Shown: positions 1 through 14,965 of the stretch, piece by piece
Layout of the letters: each line of letters starts with the position of its first letter
How positions within the stretch are numbered: position 1 is the stretch's first letter
Assembly: GCF_009914755.1 (NCBI RefSeq)
Contig: NC_060934.1
Reading direction: 5' to 3' (one strand)
DNA length: 64,000 nucleotides
Origin: the human T2T-CHM13v2.0 reference genome, Homo sapiens
The notes under the pieces: generated by a model
Told to the model about the DNA's origin: nothing
Databases searched by the model: none
Seen by the model: only the letters and a program-made list of their open reading frames with translations
Translations under genes and position numbers: made by a program

Positions 1-480
1 CAAGACTTAGAATATTTAATTTTAACTTTTATCATACAGCTACACAAGCAATGACAATGTGGTATTTGTGTAAAGATGGACAAGTAGACGAATGGAACAA
101 ACAGAGGTCCATCAATAAACTCATGCAGGACACCCAGCTGATCTTCAGCCAGAGAGCAAAGGCATCTTAGCAGGGGAAAGGAAAGACCGAGCTGAACTTC
201 AGCTAGAGAGCAGGGGAAAGGAAAGACTCAGACACACTGTGTTAGATATCCACTTGGGAAAAGCAAAAATCCTGACGTCCACCTCACACCATGCACAAAA
301 ATGCTCTGAGATGGATCCTAGACCTTAACGGAAAGGCTGAAACTAAAGAGTATCTGGCAGAAAATGTGGGAGAATACCTTCACAACCTCAGGAAGGCAAA
401 GTTTTCTTAAAGAAAAGATGAAAAGGAAAGCAATTGACAAATTGTATACTTACTGTGCATTGGGTTTAAGATAAATTATA
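1..480 (+). mobile_element. Old LINE-1 (L1M-type) ORF2 remnant
   Basis: Degenerate L1 ORF2 3' motifs (ATGGAACAAACAGAG, CACCTCACACCATGCACAAAAAT, ATGGATCCTAGACCTTAA). Confidence 0.6.
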
Positions 481-495
481 CCTCAATTTAAGAAA

Positions 496-1100
496 TGCTT
501 TTTGAGGTATTTATGTTTCTGTATTTCCAAGCACATGGGAATTTTCTGGTTATCTGTTGTTGATTTCTCATTTAATTGCATTGTAGTCAGAGGCTATATT
601 CTGTATGATTTCAAAGCCTGACAGTTTGAGACTGGCCTGATGACACATTGCTATGGTGCTTTTATTAACGTCTGCATGAGTTTGAAATGAATGTGTATCT
701 GCAGGTGCTGGATCCAGTGTCCACAAACATTACTCTTTCTTAATTGCTTTGTTCAAATCTTTTGAATAGCTACTGATTTTTTCTGTGCTTGCTGTGTAAC
801 TTGCTGATAGATGTGTTAAAATCCCCCACTATGACCACCTTTTTGTGTTTCTGTCAGTTTTTAACACACACACAAACACACACAAACACATACACACGAA
901 CACACACAAACATAAACACACCTACAAACACACATACAAACACACAAGCACACAGACACATTTTTATGTCATTCCCTTATGTGCTTGTAACAATATAATT
1001 ATCATCTCTTGGAGAATTGAACCTTTTTAATTATTGTAAAATAATTATTTTATCCCTAGTAATGCTTTTAAATTACTTTGCATGATATTAGTATCTATAC
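496..1100 (-). mobile_element. Old L1 fragment (antisense) containing a (CA)n-like tract at 865-960
   Basis: T-rich L1-antisense motifs (TTGATTTCTCATTTAATT, CTGTATGATTTCAA, GTGTTAAAATCCCCCACTAT); degenerate CA microsatellite. Confidence 0.6.
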
Positions 1101-1301
1101 AAATTAACAGCTACCCAAGTTCTATCTAATTAGAGCATCTAGCTAGTCCAATGTTAATGAAGTTGCCACTGTGCTGGGTGAGGCTCCATCTTAACCGCCT
1201 TCTCTGTGTTTCACCTGCACTGGCCGCCTCTCTGCTCTCCTGGGACACCATTCACTCCATTACTCGGCCCCGACTTACATTCCACTGTTACCACGGTTAA
1301 A

Positions 1302-1490
1302 AATTTTTTAATGTGTTTATGTTTATTGATATATCACAGTTGTATACACTTGGAGGCCACATGTGAGATTTTGGTCCATGTATACAGTGTGTTATTATCA
1401 AATCAGGGCAATGGGGTATCCATCCCCTCAACCGTTTATCTTTTCTCTGTGTTGGGAACATTACAGTTCTTCTCTAGCTATTTTATAACA
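1302..1490 (-). mobile_element. L1MA-type 3' UTR fragment
   Basis: Antisense L1MA 3' end (CAAATCAGGGCAATGGGGTATCCATCCCCTCA...GGGAACATT). Confidence 0.6.
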
Positions 1491-2694
1491 TATTTTTAAA
1501 TCACACATTTTCATGCTCTAAATATTTCAAACTCCGAAATACGTAAGTATTATTGTTCTAGATGGCCCTTGTTCACTGTGATTTGCTTACTCATCTACTG
1601 CAGGAAAAGGGAACGCTGTTCTAAAATGCAGCACCCTGAAATCCTGAGGGTGAGATAGACTGCAGAATGTTCACAGTAGGTACTAGGCAAGGGCCCTGCC
1701 TCCTGGTCACCCAAAGGGCCCATGTCCTCTGTGAGCCTGCTGGGGGACCTGCTCCCACTTTCACAGGCAAGAAGCAGCCCCAGGGCATCTCCCTGAGCCT
1801 CCTGATTCCAGCCCCAAGGCCTGGCCCTCTCCTGGGCAGGGCCTCAGTGGTTGCCTCTGGGGTGGACAGCACCCCACATGCTCCCGGTGGCCGCCCCTGC
1901 CTGGCGGGTTGCACTGGGGGCTGCCCAGAGGGCACCAGGGCTGTCCTTGGACACTGTAGGTTTATTCCAATCCCACCCAGCCCTGCTGTGTGACAACTGC
2001 ACCTCTAGAGTGCACGGAAGCCACCGGGCAAGCGTGTCTGTGGCATCCTGGAGCTGGGACCATGTGGGCCCTGGTCTGGCCTGGCTTTGATGGAAGTGTC
2101 CAGAGGCCCAGGAACTGGTTTCCTCCGGGTTTGGAGCCTCTTCCCCACTGCATGGGACTAGACTGACAAGGGCCCTTCCTGCATCTTCTGCTCCACGGGG
2201 CTGGAGCTGCTGCAGGGCTACTCCCTGCTCCACAGGGGCTGGACGCTGCTGGCCCCTCACAGGGGCCAAGGGGCTCATACCCCGGCTGCAGGAGGACACC
2301 CCCACCCAGCCATTGTGCCATGTACGGCAAAGGGGGATGCTTGGGTGACTCCTGGCCACCTGCCACCCCGTTTGTCTCCACTCACCCCGACAGAAAGAAA
2401 TCTCACCCTTGTAGAGACTGCAGGAGTCAGTGCTCACTTAAAACATTCCCGGCCACGGGAGAAACAGCCTCTGCGAGATGCGAGGGGAAGGGGCATGCTG
2501 AGTCGGGACCGTCAATGACAGAGGTGGCCCAAAGCCCACCTGCCCACAAGGGTGCAGGGACAGCCGGGGGAAGGCAGTGGCTTGGCTACCTCAGAGGCCC
2601 TGGAGGCTTAGGCAGCACTCGTTTTCTGGGAGTGTCCTGGGTGTCTCTCAGCAACACAAGACAGCACATTGTTGGGGCCAGCGTGGAGTCTCTT

Positions 2695-3190
2695 TGAAAC
2701 TGGCCTCGTTGTCCCATAGAATTGATGTTTATGGTTTCTTTTGAATACACATAGAAACTGACCCTCCTAGTCTTAAACTTGAGAAACTTACATTTGTCTC
2801 ATCTGAGTTCCTTTCTCAGAAACCGACCATCAGGCCCCTGGATAGCATCAAGAAGCTGAAATTCCCCAGATCACTGCACTTGGACAGTGAGACTCTGGGC
2901 CCCTCGCCCCTCATGATTGTCTAACTGACCACTGGCTGCCTGCTGACTGACTCCTCTTCCTCACCCTTCCGTTAATTCCTGTTTTCTTACACATCATTAC
3001 ATTTCTTCCCTGCTATATAAGCCCCTCATTTCAGTTGGTCGAGGAGATGGATTTGACACTGATCTCCCATCCCCTCGGCTGCAGCATCTGATTAAACCCT
3101 TCTTTCCTGGCAGTCCCCGTTGTCTCACTGACTGGCTTTCTGTGCAGCGAGCAACAGGTCCTAGACCAAACCCTTGGCGTTTTGGTAACA
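2695..3190 (+). mobile_element. Solo ERV1-class LTR (MER4-group, LTR54-like; subfamily tentative)
   Basis: TG...CA termini, 4-bp TSD TCTT (2691-2694 and 3191-3194), TATATAA and ATTAAA inside. Confidence 0.8.
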
Positions 3191-5009
3191 TCTTTCTGCA
3201 GCACCTCCACAGCTCCAGGGAAAGTGGGTTTAGGGGTTCTCCTGGTGATTACTGACCCAGCGATGCAGACCTCAGCGAAGGGAACAGTGGCTCTGAGAGG
3301 GCTCTGGTCTCAAGGGCTCAAGGGAAACCATCCCTGGAGTGGTGGTGACTCCAGGCCTGATACATACCTGCCTGCTGTGTGTGTGTGTGAGTGTGTGAGT
3401 GTGCAAGACGTCAGTCCAGAACTAGCTGGACCCAGAATTGGCAAAGGCACCTTTCCTGCCTGGATGCAGTTATTTGCCTCTCAGTTCTGCATTAAATGCT
3501 GGAGTTGCTGCTGCCACGCTGGGCTGAGTGAGCCAGCCAGTTTCTTGGTGGCCTTCTCCATGTTCCTGGCACAGTATTAGCCCAGAGCACAGAGACTAGA
3601 AATGTGAGCAGTTATTTCTGCCATGACAACGTAAGCCTGATGGAGAGGCCTGGAGGTTGATAAACACTGTTGTTAGTGGGTTTACATTTGGAAGAATCTA
3701 CTCCGACCCTATACCTTACTGCAAAAAAGGCTCTCGTGAATCAAATGTCTAAATATGAAAAGAAAATATTAGAAAAGTAAGTAGAAAATATAAACTTATG
3801 TGGAGGATGATAATTTTCTTAATTTCAGAATTTTGAAAGCCACAAAAATGTCAGCACCTTTGAGGAAAACTCTAAAGATGTTCAGTGATGAAAAAATGTC
3901 ACAACGAAAGCCAAATAAAAAGAGGATGCCAGAAAAAGCTTGGTTATAGGTGGTACAGGTGCCAGAGGCAGGGGATGTGTGCTCATGACATCTGAGCAGA
4001 GGGAGAGAAGGACCCACTCACTCCCACCCGTGCCCATGATACCTTAGCAGAGCGAGAGAAGGACCCAGCTGCTCCCACCCACAGAAACACTGGTCCATGA
4101 TCAGAAAAGAGAGCCGAGAACAGCATGAAGCCGTGCCATTTGTCTAAAGTGAAGATAAAAACCAACATTAACAAAGTTGTGTTAATAACTTTTTTGAGTA
4201 TTTAAAAAATATTTTTAAAATTTAGAGTCAGTAAAATTCACTCTTTTTGGTGTCCAGTTGTAGGACTTTTGACACTTGCAGAGTCGTGTAATATTCCCAT
4301 AATCAAGATGTAGACCAACCTCACCGCCTGCCCCCCACCGCCACGCTGGCAGCCTCAGCTCTGTTCTCCATCCTGGCAGTTTGCCTTTGCCAGAAGTCAC
4401 ATACATGGACTTGTTCTGCGCATAGCCTCTTGAGACTGGCTCCTTTTATGTATTATGGAAAAATCGCCATTAAATGCATGCCCTTTGTTTACTGACTCAC
4501 CAGTGAAGGACATTTGGAGTGTTTTCAGTTTTTGGTGATTATGGATAAAGCTGTTATAAACATTTGCATACACGTTTCTCTGTGAATGTAAGTTTTCATT
4601 TCTCTTGAGGTATGGGATTCTTGGGACATATGGTGGTGGACTTTTAATGTTCGAAGACACTGCCAAGCTGTTTTCCACAGTGGCTGGACAAGTTTTTCAT
4701 TCCCACCATTAATATATGAGTGTTCTGGTTGTTCTGTGTGCATGTTACCACTTGATATCGTCAGGGTTTTTTTTGTTTTGCATTTGAATAGATGTGTAGT
4801 TGTTTTAATTGGCACTTCCCCAAAGGCTAACAATGTTGGACATCTTTTCATGTGTTTATTTGCTGTCTGTGTGTCTTCTTCAGTGAAGTGTCTGTTTAAA
4901 TTTTTTGCCCATTTTTCTTTTGGGTTTGTTTTCTCATTAAGTGTTGAGGGTTCTTTAGGCAGTCTTTTGTCAGATGTGTAATTTCCAGATGTTTCTCTCT
5001 GTGGTTTGC

Positions 5010-5314
5010 TTTTTTTTTTTTTTTTTTTTTTTGAGATGGAGTCTCACTCTGTTGCCCAGGCTGGAGTGCAGTGGCGTGACCTTGGCTCACTGCAACCTCT
5101 GCCTCCAGAGTTCAGGTGATTCTCCTGTCTCAGCCTCCTGAATAGCTGGGATTACAGGCGTGTGCCACCGTGCCTGGCTAATTTTTTTGTATTTTTAGTA
5201 GAGATGGGGTTTCACCATGTTGGTCAGGCTGGTCTTGAACTCCTGACTTCATGATCTGCCTGCCTCGGCCTCCCAAAGTGCTGGGATTACAGGCATGAGC
5301 TACTGCACCCGGCT
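5010..5314 (-). mobile_element. AluS
   Basis: Poly-T followed by full dimeric Alu reverse complement; TGGTTTG-containing TSD. Confidence 0.95.
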
Positions 5315-5377
5315 GGTTTGTCTTTTTATTTACATTGAGAGTTTCCTTTGTAGAACAAAAGTTTTAGATTTTGATAA

Positions 5378-5707
<330 letters not shown>

Positions 5708-8544
5708 GATTTTTTTGATTCATTTTTAATTGTTGCACAGCCTTTTATTCTTGGGATAAATCCCACTTGGTCATAACATATCATTTATTTATTTATTTTA
5801 AAATAGATTTATTACAATATAAATTACATACTACAATTTGTCAATTTTTTCTTATGGATTATGTTTTGGTGTCTTACCTAACAAGTGTTTGCCTAATCCA
5901 TGGTCACAGATATTTCTCTAGTATTTTCTTCTAAAAGTTCAATCATTTTTTTTGTGTGTTAATTTTTGCATAAAATGTGATTTATGAATCAAGTTTTATT
6001 TATTTATTTGCATTAACTCCAACACCATTTGTTGAAAAGACTCATTTTTCCAGTGAACCACCTTTGCATCTTAAAGAAAATCAATATACTATAGTTGTGT
6101 GGGTCTATTTCTGGACTCTGTATGTTTCATTCACTTACATGTTCATTCATTTACCAATAGATAGGTCTCAGTGCTGCAGTTTTATGGTAAATCTTGAATT
6201 CAGGCAGTGGGAGCTCTTTAACTTTGCTATTCTTATTCAAATTTATTTAGAATATCCTAGTTCCTTTGCCATTCCATAGAAATTTTAGAATCAGCTCATT
6301 GGTATCTGTGAAAAACCCTACTAGAATTTTGGTTGGGATTACATTATGCCTGCAGATAAGTTTGGGGACAATAAGCATCTTAACTATCTGTGTCTTCCAT
6401 AGTTGTCCAATCAATGAACCTGGTGTATCTTATTTATTTGGATTTTTAAAATTTATTTTATCAGGGCTTTATAGATTTCCACATACAGATCTTGCACATA
6501 TCTTGTTAGAGTTATCCCTTAGTAGTTCATTTTTAAGTGCTATTGTAAGTGGCACTTAAAGCAATTGTTCATTGCTAGTATATAGAAATAAAATGGCTTT
6601 TTGTGTTTTGATCTTGTATTCTGTGAGCTTGCTGAATTCACTTATTAATTCCAAGAGTTTTTCTGTAGATTCCTTGAGATTTCCTATTTAATTATTTGGT
6701 CTGGGAATAAAATGTTTTATTCCTTCCTTTCCAATCTGTAAGTTTTAATTTTTTTCTCTCTCTTTGGTACTGTTTAGGACTTCCATTAAAATTTTGAAAA
6801 CGAGAGATGAGAGTGGCTATCCTTGCCTTGTTCCTTATTTTAGGTGGGAAGCATTCAATATTCCACCATCAGGTGGGATGTTGGCTGTAGATTTTTGTAG
6901 TTGCTCTTTGTCAGATTAAGTTAGTTTCCCTTCTGTTCCTAGGTTGCTGACGGTTTTTTATCATAAGTCAATTGGTGAACTTTGTCAAATGCTTTCCCCA
7001 CATCTCTTGAGATGGTCACATGGCTTTTCTTTTTTAGAGTGATAGTGTGGTGCATTATATTGATTCAGTTTCAATTGTTGCATGGCCTTTCATTCCTGGG
7101 ATAATTCCCACTTGGTAGTATTGTATCATCTTGTTTATTTATTAAAAAACAGACTTACTGCAATATAAGTTACATACCATGAAACTCATCCATTTCCAAT
7201 TCAATGATTTTTAAAGTAAATTTATTGAGTTATGCATCTATTGTCTCAATCCAGTTTTAGAATGTTGCCATCATTCTTGTGTTATTTCTTAAGATACTAC
7301 TGGACTTGATTTGCTAATATTTTGTCAAAGATTCTTACATCTTTGTTCATCAGGGATAATTTTTGTAATTTTTTTCTTGTAATATTTTTGTCTGGTTTTA
7401 GTATTAGAGTAATGATGGCTCATAAAATGAGGTAAGAATTATTGTATCTCTTCATATTTTCTGGACGAGATTGTGTAAAATTGGTATTTCTTAAATATGT
7501 GATTAGAATTAACCAGTGAAACAATGTCGGCTGGGAGTTTTTATTTTTGGAGGGATTTTAGCTAAGAATTCAAATTTTGTGATAGCTATAGGACTATTCA
7601 GGAAATATGTTTTTTCTTTTGTGACTTTTGGTAGTTTGTGTCTTTTAAGAAATTGGTCTATTTCTTCCAAGTTGTCAAATTTATGGGCGTAGAGTTGTTC
7701 CTAGTATTTCCTTATTATCTTTAAGTGTCTATAGACTCTGAAATGATTTCATCTCCTTAATTCCTGATGTTGGTAACTTGTGTTTTCTCTCTTTTTTTTT
7801 TTCTGTTCAACATTCTGGCTAAAGGTTTATCCAGTTTATTGATCTTCCTTAAGAACTGATTATCAGTTTCATCAATTTTCTGTATTCTACTGTTTTGAGT
7901 TTTGCAGATCTCTCCTCTTATGTTTATTATCTACTTCCTTCTACTTTCTCTTGTTTTTCTAGTTGTTTAAAGGAAGAACTTAAATGATTGATTTGAGAAT
8001 TTTCTTGTTTTTGAATATAATTATTTTATGCTATGAATTTTCTAATCCTGCTTTATCTGTATCCCACACATTTTGATATGCTGTATTTTCATTTTTACTT
8101 AGTTCAAAAGGTTTTCTGATTTCCCCTTATGTTTCACTTTTGACCCATGGATTATTTAGAGGTGAGTGGTTTAATTTTCAAATATTTGAGGGATTCATCG
8201 GACATCTTTCTGTTATTAAGTTTAATTCTGATAGGATCAGAGAATACACTTTATACAATTTCTATTTCTAAAAATTTGTTTTTGAACTTCCGTTAAGATT
8301 TGTTTTGTGACCTAGAGTATGTTCTATACTGGTGAATGTTTCATATACACTTGAAAGAAAGCATAGTCTGATGTTCTTAATGAATGATTTGACCAAATAA
8401 GTCCAATTGAGTGATTGTGTTGGTCAGGTCTTCCATATTCTAGCTGTTTCTCTATATGCTTGTTCTATTGGTTACTGAGGCAGGACTGTTAAATTCTCCA
8501 AATATAATTGTGGATTTGAATATTTCTCCTTTGAGTTATTGGAT

Positions 8545-8850
8545 TTTTTTTGTTTTGTTTTGTTTTTTGAGACAGAGTCTTGCTGTGTGGCCCAGGCTGG
8601 AGTGCAATGGACCCATCTTGGCTCACTGAAACCTCCACCTCCTGGGTTCAAGTGATTCTCCTGCCTCAGCCTCCTGAGTAGCTGGGATTACAGGCATGCA
8701 CCACCATGCCCAGCTAATTTTTATATTTTTAGTAGAGACAGGGTTTCACCCTGTTGGCCAGGCTGATATTGAACTTCTAACATCAAACGATCTGCCCACC
8801 TTGGCCTCCCAAAGTTCTAGGATTAGAGGCGTGAGCCACTGCGCCCAGCC
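8545..8850 (-). mobile_element. AluS (Sx-like)
   Basis: Full-length antisense Alu with (TTTTG)n tail. Confidence 0.95.
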
Positions 8851-10026
8851 AGATTTTTTTTTCATGTATTTTTAAACTCTGTTAATGATAGGTGCCTATG
8901 CATTTAAGCATTATGATATCTTCTTGGTAAATTGACTTTTTTATTATATGTAATGCCCTCTTTGATCTCTTGTAATATTTTTTATCTCTTTTAATATTTT
9001 CTAAGTTCTGCTTTATTTGACTTAATACAGCTAGCCCACATTTTTTATTAGTATCTCATGGTTTATCTTTTTTTATTCTTACATTTCGATGTATGTCATT
9101 ATACTTAAAGTGGGTGTCTTTAGACAGCATATAGTTGGGTCCTCTGTTTTTTTTAAAAAAGTGTATTTTGGAAGATTGTAGAGTCATTGGAAGTTGCAAT
9201 GAAATATACAGGGAATACCCAGGCACATTTTACCTATCCTTCTCCAATCTTAGCATCTTGTATAACTATAGTGCAATGGAAAACCAGGAAATCAACATTG
9301 ATACAATCCATGGAGCTTATTCAGGTTTCGCTATTTATGCATGCATTCTATATGTGGGTATAACTTGTGATTTTTAACATGTATAGCTTCATATAATCAG
9401 CATGACAATCAAGTTGTTTAACTATATCATCATCATCAGACCTCTCCTCATGCTACCTCTCTACAGTCACAGCTCCATCACCGCTGCATACCTAATCCAA
9501 GGAAACCACTAATATGTTATCCATCTCTGTGATTGTGTTATTTAAAAATGTTATCTAAATGGATTCATGAAGTATGCATCCTTTTAAAATTGGCTCTCCC
9601 ACCCATTCAACATAGTTTCCTTAGGTTCATTCAAATTGTCACATGTATTAACAGTTTATTCCCTTTTATTGCTGAGTAATATTGCATGATGAGGATGTAC
9701 CACAGTTTATTTACCCCTATGCCCATTGAAGGACATTTAAGGAGTTTCCAGTTTCTGGGCACTGTGCATAAATCTGCTATGTAGAGTTTTTGTATGAAAA
9801 CAAGTTTTCATTTCATTGGAATAAAAGCTCAATTGTGCAATAGCTGGGTCATAGGGTGAGTCAAGTTTTAGCTTTAAAAAGAACAGCCGAACTATTTTCC
9901 GGAGTGAATATGGCTGTACCATTTTGCATTCCCACCAGCAATGAATGAATGACTTAGTGATTCTCAACCTCCTTGTGAGCATTTGATGTTATCACTATTT
10001 TTAAAACGTCTTTCTGACAGTTCTGC

Positions 10027-10476
10027 TGCGATGGTTAATTTCATGTGTCAATTTCACCAGCCCATGGGGTACCAGATACTTGGTGAAACACTATTCTGAG
10101 TGTTTCTGTGAGGGTGTTTTTGGATGAGCTTAACATCTAAATTGATAGACTGAGCGAAGCAGATTGCCCTCCCCACTGAAGGTGGGCCTTGTCCAATCAG
10201 ACAAGTGTCTAAATAGAACAAAAATGGACCCTCTCCCAAATCAGAGGGAATTCCTCCTGCCTGCATTTGAGCTGGGACATTGTTGTTTTCCTGCATTGAG
10301 ACTTGAACAGAAATATCAGCTCCTCCTGGGTCTTTGGCCTGCTGACCTTCATGTAGAAACCCCACCATTAGCTCACCTGATTTTCAGGCCTGTGGATCAA
10401 ACCACACCATCAGCTCTCTTGGGTCTTCAGCTTGTCAGTCTCCATAAGTGCATGAGCCAATTCCTTATAATAAATG

Positions 10477-10513
<37 letters not shown>

Positions 10514-10830
10514 CTATTGGTTCTGTTTCTCTGGAGAACCCTGACTAATGCAGATTTTGGTACTGACACTGGAGTTCTGCTGTGAAACATACCTAATGAT
10601 AGGGACCAGCTTTGGAACTGGGCAGTGAGCAGAGGCTGGATGAGTTTTGAGATACTTGGTGGAAAAAGCCTAGATTTCCATGAAGGGACTATTGGTAGGT
10701 ACATGGACATTAAAGGCAATTCTGGTGAGGGCTCATGAATAAAAGACAAGAGCTATAGAGAAAGCCTCTACCATCTCAGAGAATAACCATATCATCATGA
10801 AGAGAATGTTGGAAGCAACATGGACACACT
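10027..10830 (+). mobile_element. MLT2-type LTR (about 10027-10552, with (CA)n) followed by MLT-int-like internal sequence
   Basis: TGCGATGGTTAATTTCATGTGTCAA start, CTGGAGAACCCTGACTAATGCA end, then GATTTTGGTAC...GCTTTGGAACTGGG internal motif. Confidence 0.75.
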
Positions 10831-10889
10831 GTTACAGACTACTGGGCGAGATCTCAGGTGGCAAACCCTAACCCTCTCTCTTAGACGGT

Positions 10890-10985
10890 TTTCTTTTTTT
10901 TTTTTTTTGAGACGGAATTTCACTCTTGTTGCTTAAGCTGGAGTGCAATGGCACGATCTTGGCTCACTGCAGTCTCTGCCTCCTG
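10890..10985 (-). mobile_element. Truncated Alu 3' end
   Basis: Poly-T + GAGACGGAATTTCACTCTTGTTGC...; ends abruptly against L1 3' UTR sequence. Confidence 0.85.
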
Positions 10986-11211
10986 AGAGCAGAGAACACA
11001 AATTATTTGGAATTCAAAAGATTTGTCTTTTCTCCCCATTTATTTATATTTATTTGTTCATTCAATCATTTACTTAGATTACATGGCTCACAAATATTTA
11101 TTTCATATTTTTGGTTATAATCCAGTACTATTTTATTATTTTGTTGCTCAAATTAATTCAATTTTTTGCCACTTGGAAATCTTTCAGTTACCTTTGACAT
11201 ATCCCCATCAC

Positions 11212-11946
<735 letters not shown>

Positions 11947-13427
11947 CCTATATTAAGCTAAACATGAGTTCATACTGATTCTCCAACTTGAATCCATTAG
12001 CACTTGGATCATACTAACCTCCTCCTGTTCGTTATCTATAAATGCTCACCCCAACAGTGAGACCCTGGACTCAGAAGCATTTTAATTACCAAATTTCATT
12101 CTCTTACTAGCTATTCAGGTTATCCGTTTCACTTTGGCTGAGCTTTGGTAGTTTGTGGCTTTCAAGGAATTGGTCCATTTCTTCGAAATTGTTGAATTTA
12201 TGAGTTTAAAATTGTTAATAGTATTGTCTTATTATCATTTTAATGGCTTAAGGGTTTCTTATGATGTCACTTTTTTGTTCTTGATATTGGTATTCCGTGT
12301 GTGCTTTTTTTTAATGTTTGTCAGTCTTGATTGAGCTTTATTATTATTTTTTATTTTTTTCAAAGTATTGGCTTTTTGTTTAATTTTCTGTTTTTCTATT
12401 TTCAATTTCATTGATTTATAACTTAATCTTAATTTTTCCTTCCTTATGCATACTGTGACTTTTTGTAGATATTTATTTTTTAGTGCTTTTTGAGATAGGA
12501 ATTTGGATGATTGATTTGAGGTCTTTCCTCTTAGGTAAACTTCTAGTGCTATAAATTTTTCTCTCAGTGTTTGAGAGTTTTTCTCTCAGTGTTTTTCTCA
12601 GCACAAATTTTGGTGTGCTGTATTTTCATTTTCATTCTGTTCTGTGATTTTTAAAGTTTCATTTGAGACCATGGATTATTTCCTTTGACCTACAGATTAT
12701 TTAGAAGTGTGTTTAATTTCCAAGTGTTTGGAGATTTTTCTTTTGTGTTTCTGTTATTGATTTCTTGTTTCATTCCCTTATAATCAGAAAACACACTCTG
12801 TATGACTTCTCTTCTTCTAAATGTGTTTTATGACCTAGGATATAGAGAGTCATTTTGATGAATGTTCCGTGTGTACATGAAATGAATGTGTATTATGCTT
12901 TTGTTGTATGGAGAGTTTTATAAACCTCAGTTAGGTCTTACTGGCTGAAGATGGTGTGTTTAATCCTTCTAAATCCTTGCTGACTTTTTGTCTAGTAGGT
13001 CTATCAATTACTGTGAGTGGGATGTTGAAATCTCCAACTAAAATTGCGTATATGTCTATTTCTCCCTTTAGTTCTCTCAGTTTTTGCTTCATTTACGTTA
13101 ATGCTCTGTGGTTTGGTGCATATACCTTTAGGATTGCTCTACATTTTTGGTGGATTGCAACTTTTATCATTGTGTAATGTCTGTTTTTTCTCTCTACTGC
13201 TTTTCTTCTGTCTGAAATCTTTTCTTTGACATTAATATACCCACTTGTGCTTTTTGGGTTAATATTTACTTTTTTTTTTGCATCCTTTTACTTTCAACCT
13301 ACATATGTCATGTTGGCAGAGAGTTTCTTGTAAACAACACATATTTTGCTGTTTTAAAAATTCATGCTGCCAATATCTGCCTTTTAATTTGTATATTTAG
13401 ACCACTTATATTTAAAGCAATTATTGA

Positions 13428-13735
13428 GGCCAGACATAGTGGCTAATGCTTGTAATCTCAGCACTTTAGGAGGCTGAGGCAGGAGGATTGCTGGAGGCCA
13501 AGAGTTTGAGACCAGTCTCAAACTACCACCCTTTTGTAGAGACATAGCAAGACCCTGTCTCTACAAAAAATGAAAAAATTAGCCAGGCAGGGTGGCATGA
13601 GCCTGTTGACCCAGCTACTTGAGATGCTGATATGGGAGGATTGCTTGAGCCCAGGAGTTCAAAGCTGCAGTGAGCCATGATTGTGCCACTGTACTCCAGA
13701 CTGGGCAACAGAGTGAGAACCTGTCTCAAAAAAAA
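13428..13735 (+). mobile_element. AluJ
   Basis: Diagnostic GAGGATTGCTTGAGCCCAGGAGTTC; TSD AAAGCAATTATTGA / AAAGTAATCATTGA. Confidence 0.9.
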
Positions 13736-14024
13736 GTAATCATTGATATGTTAGGGCTTAAGACTGCCATTTTACTTTTTGTTTTCTATCTGTTTGCACC
13801 ATTTTTTATGCCTCTTTTTCTTTTTTCTCTTATCAGCCTGTGCGTTATGTGGACATAGAGTTCCATTTTGATGCATTTTTGACATATTTGAGGATACTAT
13901 TTGCAAAATTTTCTTATTGCTTGCTCTAAGTATTACTATATACAAATATAACTTTCACAGCTTACAGCTATTGATGTTTTACCAGTTTGAATTAAGTATA
14001 GAAACATTAATCACATTTAGGTTC

Positions 14025-14611
14025 TGTGATGGTTAAAATGAGGTGTCAACTTGATTGGGTTGAAGGATGCCTAGATAGCTTGTATAATATTGTTTTTGGG
14101 TGTGTCTGTGAGGGCTTTGCCAGAGGAGGTTGACATTGCAGTCAGTGGACTGGAAGAGGAAGACCCACCCTCCATTTGGGTGGGTACCTTCCAATCGGCT
14201 GCTAGTGTGGCTAGAACAAAGTAGGAAGTAGAAGGTAGGATAAGCTGGCTTGCTGAGTCTTCTTGCTTTCATCTTTCTCTCATGCTGGATTCTTCCTTCT
14301 ATTCCTCCTGCCCTTGGACATCAGACTCTAGGTTCTTTGGAATTTAGACTCTTGGACTTAAACACCAGTGGTTTGCAGGAGCCTCTTGGGCCTTTGGGCA
14401 CAGACTGAAGGCTGCACTGTCAGCTTCCCTGCTTTTGAGGCTTTTGGACTCGAACTGAGCGACTGCTGGCTTCTTATTTCCTTAGCTTGCAGAGGGCCTA
14501 TCATGGGACTTGGCCTTTTGATCATGTGAGCCAATTTTCCCTAATAAACTGCCTTTCATATATACATAGATCCTATCAGTTCTATCCCTGTGGAGAACAC
14601 TGACTAATACA
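14025..14611 (+). mobile_element. Solo MLT2A (MLT2A2-like, HERV-L) LTR
   Basis: TGTGATGGTTAA...GTCAACTTGATTGG start, GAGAACACTGACTAATACA end; 5-bp TSD GGTTC/GCTTC (1 mismatch). Confidence 0.85.
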
Positions 14612-14965
14612 GCTTCCTTTACCTTCCCACTTAAAAAAGTATAATTGTCCTGGGTATTTCCTCTGTATACATTGAATACCACATGAGGTAGTATTATAAC
14701 TTTTACTTCAAACATAAAACATGATTAAAGAAACACATAAAGTGAAGAATATTCTATCATGTATACTTCTCCTTTTACCAATTTCATTATTTTCCTTTAT
14801 GAAAATTCTGTCTTGCTGTTTTCATGTTCTTTCTGTTTTCATTTTATTTCTGTTTGGAGGGATTTCTTTAGCCATTCTTGAAGGGTAAGTCTGCTAGCAA
14901 CAAATTCTCTTAGTTCTCTTTCATCTGAGAATATCTTTATTTTTCCCTTCACTCCAGCAGCATGG

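Larger units (their letters stand above)
12075..14965 (-). mobile_element. Old antisense L1M, resuming at 22618-22690 after the provirus
   Basis: L1-antisense motifs; ...CCTTCACTCCAGCAG(C)ATGG | GATGGCTTCACCAGATATAGG...TTGACAGATCTTTTCTTTCAGCA reads as continuous L1M across the insertion. Confidence 0.75.

Noticed and set aside
170-227. 18-bp direct repeat GCAGGGGAAAGGAAAGAC
   Set aside because: Small local duplication inside an old L1; no further structure
1600-2690. GC-rich unique stretch with overlapping ORFs up to 197 aa
   Set aside because: No recognisable domain or splice structure; ORFs in all frames are expected from GC content
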